A stretch of 29,321 nt of DNA, from NCBI GenBank assembly GCA_030612785.1, contig JAUWNF010000001.1, positions 1 to 29,321 on the forward strand. The letters run 5' to 3'. Shown here piece by piece: positions 26,784 to 29,321 of this stretch (the first letter of the stretch is position 1; each line of letters begins with the position of its first letter). The translations under genes were made by a program, and so were the position numbers. This DNA is from Phycisphaerales bacterium. Its GTDB lineage: Bacteria; Planctomycetota; Phycisphaerae; UBA1845. Below the pieces are notes generated by a model that searched no databases, was not told where the DNA came from, and was given only the letters and a program-made list of their open reading frames with translations.

Positions 26784-26806
26784 TGGTGGGCAATGCCCAC
26801 CCCAAC
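26784..26806 (-). repeat. Degenerate GTAG-type REP directly adjoining family A copy 4
   Basis: Reverse complement GTTGGGGTGGGCATTGCCCACCA, a GGTGGGC-ATT-GCCCACC hairpin. Confidence 0.6.
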
Positions 26807-26894
26807 TGGACCGAGACTCCTTTCTCGGTCTTTGACTTTACAGGAAAGGATTCCTGCAGGAGGTAGGTGCGAGAAGGGATTCTCGCACCAGCGG
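26803..26894 (-). repeat. 92-bp three-hairpin element (family A), copy 4, inverted
   Basis: Reverse complement aligns without gaps to copies 1-3. Confidence 0.93.
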
Positions 26895-27042
26895 GTATTG
26901 CCTCGCCGAGCGGCGAGCCGCCCATGCTGCCACGCACCCAATACCACGTGCGTTGGGCTGGGCCGGGTGCGTCTGCACCGCCCTTGGGGTATCATAAGTG
27001 CGGTTGGATTCTCCCGCGCGGGGTGCCGACGGTACACGAGCT

Positions 27043-28194
27043 ATGGCAACGCTATCCTACAGAACAGCCGGTGAGTCTCACGGAAAAGGTCTGATCGCTC
27101 TGGTCGAGGGCATGCCGGCCGGTGTGATGGTGGACGAGAGTTTCATCAACGTCGAACTTACCCGGCGGCAGGGAGGCTTTGGCCGGGGCGGGCGGATGAA
27201 GATCGAGCGGGACACCGTCGAGGTGATCTCCGGGGTTCTGCGGGGCGTGACCATCGGCTCACCGATTTCACTGCACGTGGTCAATCAGGACTCCCGGATC
27301 GAGAAGGCGCCCGCGATCCAGCGTCCCAGGCCCGGCCACGCCGACCTGGCGGGGAGCTTGAAATGGTTGACCACCGACTGTCGTGAAACCCTCGAACGGG
27401 CGTCGGCGAGAGAGACGGCTGCCCGCGTGGCGGCCGGGGCACTCACGCGCGGCTTGCGGAAGGCCTTCGGCATCGAGGTTGTGGGCTACGTGGCGCGGAT
27501 TCGCGATGTTGCGGCCAAGGTTGAATCTGACATCGAGTTCGACGAACTCCGCCGCCGGCGCGACGCCAACGAGGCGTTCTGCCCGGATGCCACCGCAGCC
27601 AAGGCTATGATCGAAGCCATTCGTCAGACGGAGCGGGATCGCGACACGGTGGGCGGCGTGGTGGCGGCTGAGGTGCGCGGTCATCCACCGGGGCTGGGCA
27701 GTTGTGCCCGCTGGCAGGACAAGCTGGATGGGCGGCTGATGCGGGCCGTCGGCTCGATCCAGGCGATCAAGGGTGTCGAGATCGGGCTGGGGTTCGGCGT
27801 GGCCGGTCGCCCCGGCAGCGAAGTGCACGACGAGATTCAGTACGATTCCCGGCTACGGGACACGCCGTCGCTGGGTTTCGTCCGACGATCCAACAACGCC
27901 GGCGGCCTGGAGGGCGGCATGACCAACGGGCAGCCGATCGTACTCCGGGCGGCTATGAAACCGATCAGCACTCTCCAGCGGGGCCTCGATAGCGTCAATC
28001 TTCTAACGAAGCAAACCGAGCGGTCGGACTACGAGCGGAGCGACATCTCAGCGGTTCCCGCGGCCAGCGTGGTGGTCGAAAACGTGGTCGCTTTCGAGAT
28101 CGCGCGGGCTTTTCTCGAGAAGTTCGCCGGCGACACCTTGGGGGAGGTGCGGGCGGCGTATGCGCACTACCTGGAGACGGCCCGCGCACTGTGA
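27043..28194 (+). CDS. aroC: Chorismate synthase
   Basis: TAGESHG, RRQGGFGRGGRM, RPRPGHAD, ERASARET, SNNAGGLEGG, AMKPISTL, ERSD. Confidence 0.96.
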   Translation: MATLSYRTAGESHGKGLIALVEGMPAGVMVDESFINVELTRRQGGFGRGGRMKIERDTVEVISGVLRGVTIGSPISLHVVNQDSRIEKAPAIQRPRPGHADLAGSLKWLTTDCRETLERASARETAARVAAGALTRGLRKAFGIEVVGYVARIRDVAAKVESDIEFDELRRRRDANEAFCPDATAAKAMIEAIRQTERDRDTVGGVVAAEVRGHPPGLGSCARWQDKLDGRLMRAVGSIQAIKGVEIGLGFGVAGRPGSEVHDEIQYDSRLRDTPSLGFVRRSNNAGGLEGGMTNGQPIVLRAAMKPISTLQRGLDSVNLLTKQTERSDYERSDISAVPAASVVVENVVAFEIARAFLEKFAGDTLGEVRAAYAHYLETARAL

Positions 28195-28283
28195 AAAAAG
28201 GGGTCAGGCTACTTTATCATTCCGACCAATACGCCATCTGAGAAGGTGACCAAGAGATAAAGTAGCCTAACCCCTTTTTTCAC
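28191..28283. repeat. 28-bp inverted repeat between convergent genes; REP-like doublet and probable bidirectional terminator
   Basis: GTGAAAAAAGGGGTCAGGCTACTTTATC (28191-28218) and GATAAAGTAGCCTAACCCCTTTTTTCAC (28256-28283), with A/T tracts on both ends. Confidence 0.8.
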
Positions 28284-29200
28284 CGATAGTAAGGCGTAGC
28301 TGGCAGGCCGCTGCCATCGCGAACCAGTTCCACGATGTGATCCACTTCTTGGTTGGCAAGCGCGGCCACGAAGTTCTCCGCCGGCCTGCGAGCGATGGTG
28401 TAAACCTGCACGCGCGATATCCGCCCGCCAGCGTCGGTGATCTTATTGAGCCGGTCCACGAACGCCCCCAGTTCCGCCTCACTCGGCGCTGTGCCCCGCA
28501 AACGCAGGAAAAGAGCCTGAATCACGATCGGTCTGACGCGCGCGGCGGCGATGATGTTCGCCGTCACGTGCTCAAGCGTGTGGCTTGGCCGGTTCACCAG
28601 GCGGTGGTACTCCTCGGTACCGGCGTCGAGCTTCGCCCATATCTCACCGTTGTTCTCGTCCATGATCGCAAGTCCTTCGACCACGGTGGGTGTAGTGAGA
28701 TAACAGGCGTTGGTGATCAGGACTATCTTGGCGTCGTCGAGGCCCGCGTTTCTCTTGAGGTCGGCCACGATCTTAACGCACCGGCAAAAGTGTGGGGAGG
28801 CGGTAGGCTCGCCATCTCCGGAGAAGGCGATGTCCTTGATACGCCGCAACTCGGCGGGTACGCCCGTAAGGGCCGGGTCCCGAAAGAGGGCGCCGCGGGC
28901 AGCCTCGTCGATCATCAGGGCGAGTTCGGCGCGCAAAACGCTTATGTCCACGTTCCGCACGCGCGGGGTAGTCTGGCGGTCGACCTGGCAGTAAACGCAG
29001 GAGAAGTTGCAGGAGGCGTCCGGGGCGAGGTTGATCCCGATGCTCAACCCGCCGCCTCGTCGCGAGATGACAGGATAGACGTACAAGTTCTCACGCCAGT
29101 GCCTCGAATGAGTGCGGTGTTGGGGCAACGAGTTATTCGCGGGCGAGGCGATAGCACCTTCCTCCGAGCGGCGACGGTATAGACAATACGCGATCGGCAA
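28280..29200 (-). CDS. Uncharacterised radical SAM protein
   Basis: YVYPVISRRGGGLSIGINL...CNFSCVYCQ (CxxxCxxC), FSGDGEPT, LITNA, WAKLDAG. Start uncertain (29128-29200). Confidence 0.9.
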   Translation of the reverse strand: MPIAYCLYRRRSEEGAIASPANNSLPQHRTHSRHWRENLYVYPVISRRGGGLSIGINLAPDASCNFSCVYCQVDRQTTPRVRNVDISVLRAELALMIDEAARGALFRDPALTGVPAELRRIKDIAFSGDGEPTASPHFCRCVKIVADLKRNAGLDDAKIVLITNACYLTTPTVVEGLAIMDENNGEIWAKLDAGTEEYHRLVNRPSHTLEHVTANIIAAARVRPIVIQALFLRLRGTAPSEAELGAFVDRLNKITDAGGRISRVQVYTIARRPAENFVAALANQEVDHIVELVRDGSGLPATPYYR

Positions 29201-29321
29201 ACCCCGGCCACATTACGAGACCCAGTGCCACCGGTACCTGACCCCTCAGCGCCTTCCCCTCGTCGTTGCGTGCGTAACGCTGGCGGACTATCCGTCAGTG
29301 GCACCAGTCGATTCAGCCGTG

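Overview
GC-rich bacterial window. Gene content and repeat style suggest Planctomycetota, probably Phycisphaerae; this is an inference and was not searched. From left to right it contains: (1) a minus-strand flagellar-type regulatory operon with a membrane-anchored TPR protein, a FlgN/FliT-like helical protein, a sensor-less histidine kinase and a sigma-54 response regulator cut by the window edge; (2) a surface protein with thrombospondin type-3 repeats and a YWTD propeller; (3) feoA-feoB; (4) a disordered accessory zone at about 9.7-15.4 kb made of short spliced gene fragments (lplA with an internal deletion, an E2/E3 dehydrogenase fusion scar, a transposase motif, a cytochrome P460-like piece, half of a sigma-54 activator, a RepB/ParB-like piece) around one intact AIPR defence gene and a 22-bp-period repeat array; (5) a LarA-family protein downstream of a Ni/Co ECF transporter (M-L-Q-O); (6) tRNA-Met(CAT); (7) a sugar-modification cluster (Fcl-like reductase, DegT aminotransferase, methyltransferase-GT2 fusion, two methyltransferases); (8) aroC and a convergent radical SAM gene. 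Many intergenic regions carry palindromic repeats from several unrelated families. These include four copies of a 92-bp three-hairpin element with a compensatory base-pair change and a 98-bp MITE with CTAA target duplication. Family assignments come from recognising motifs by eye; no database search was run.
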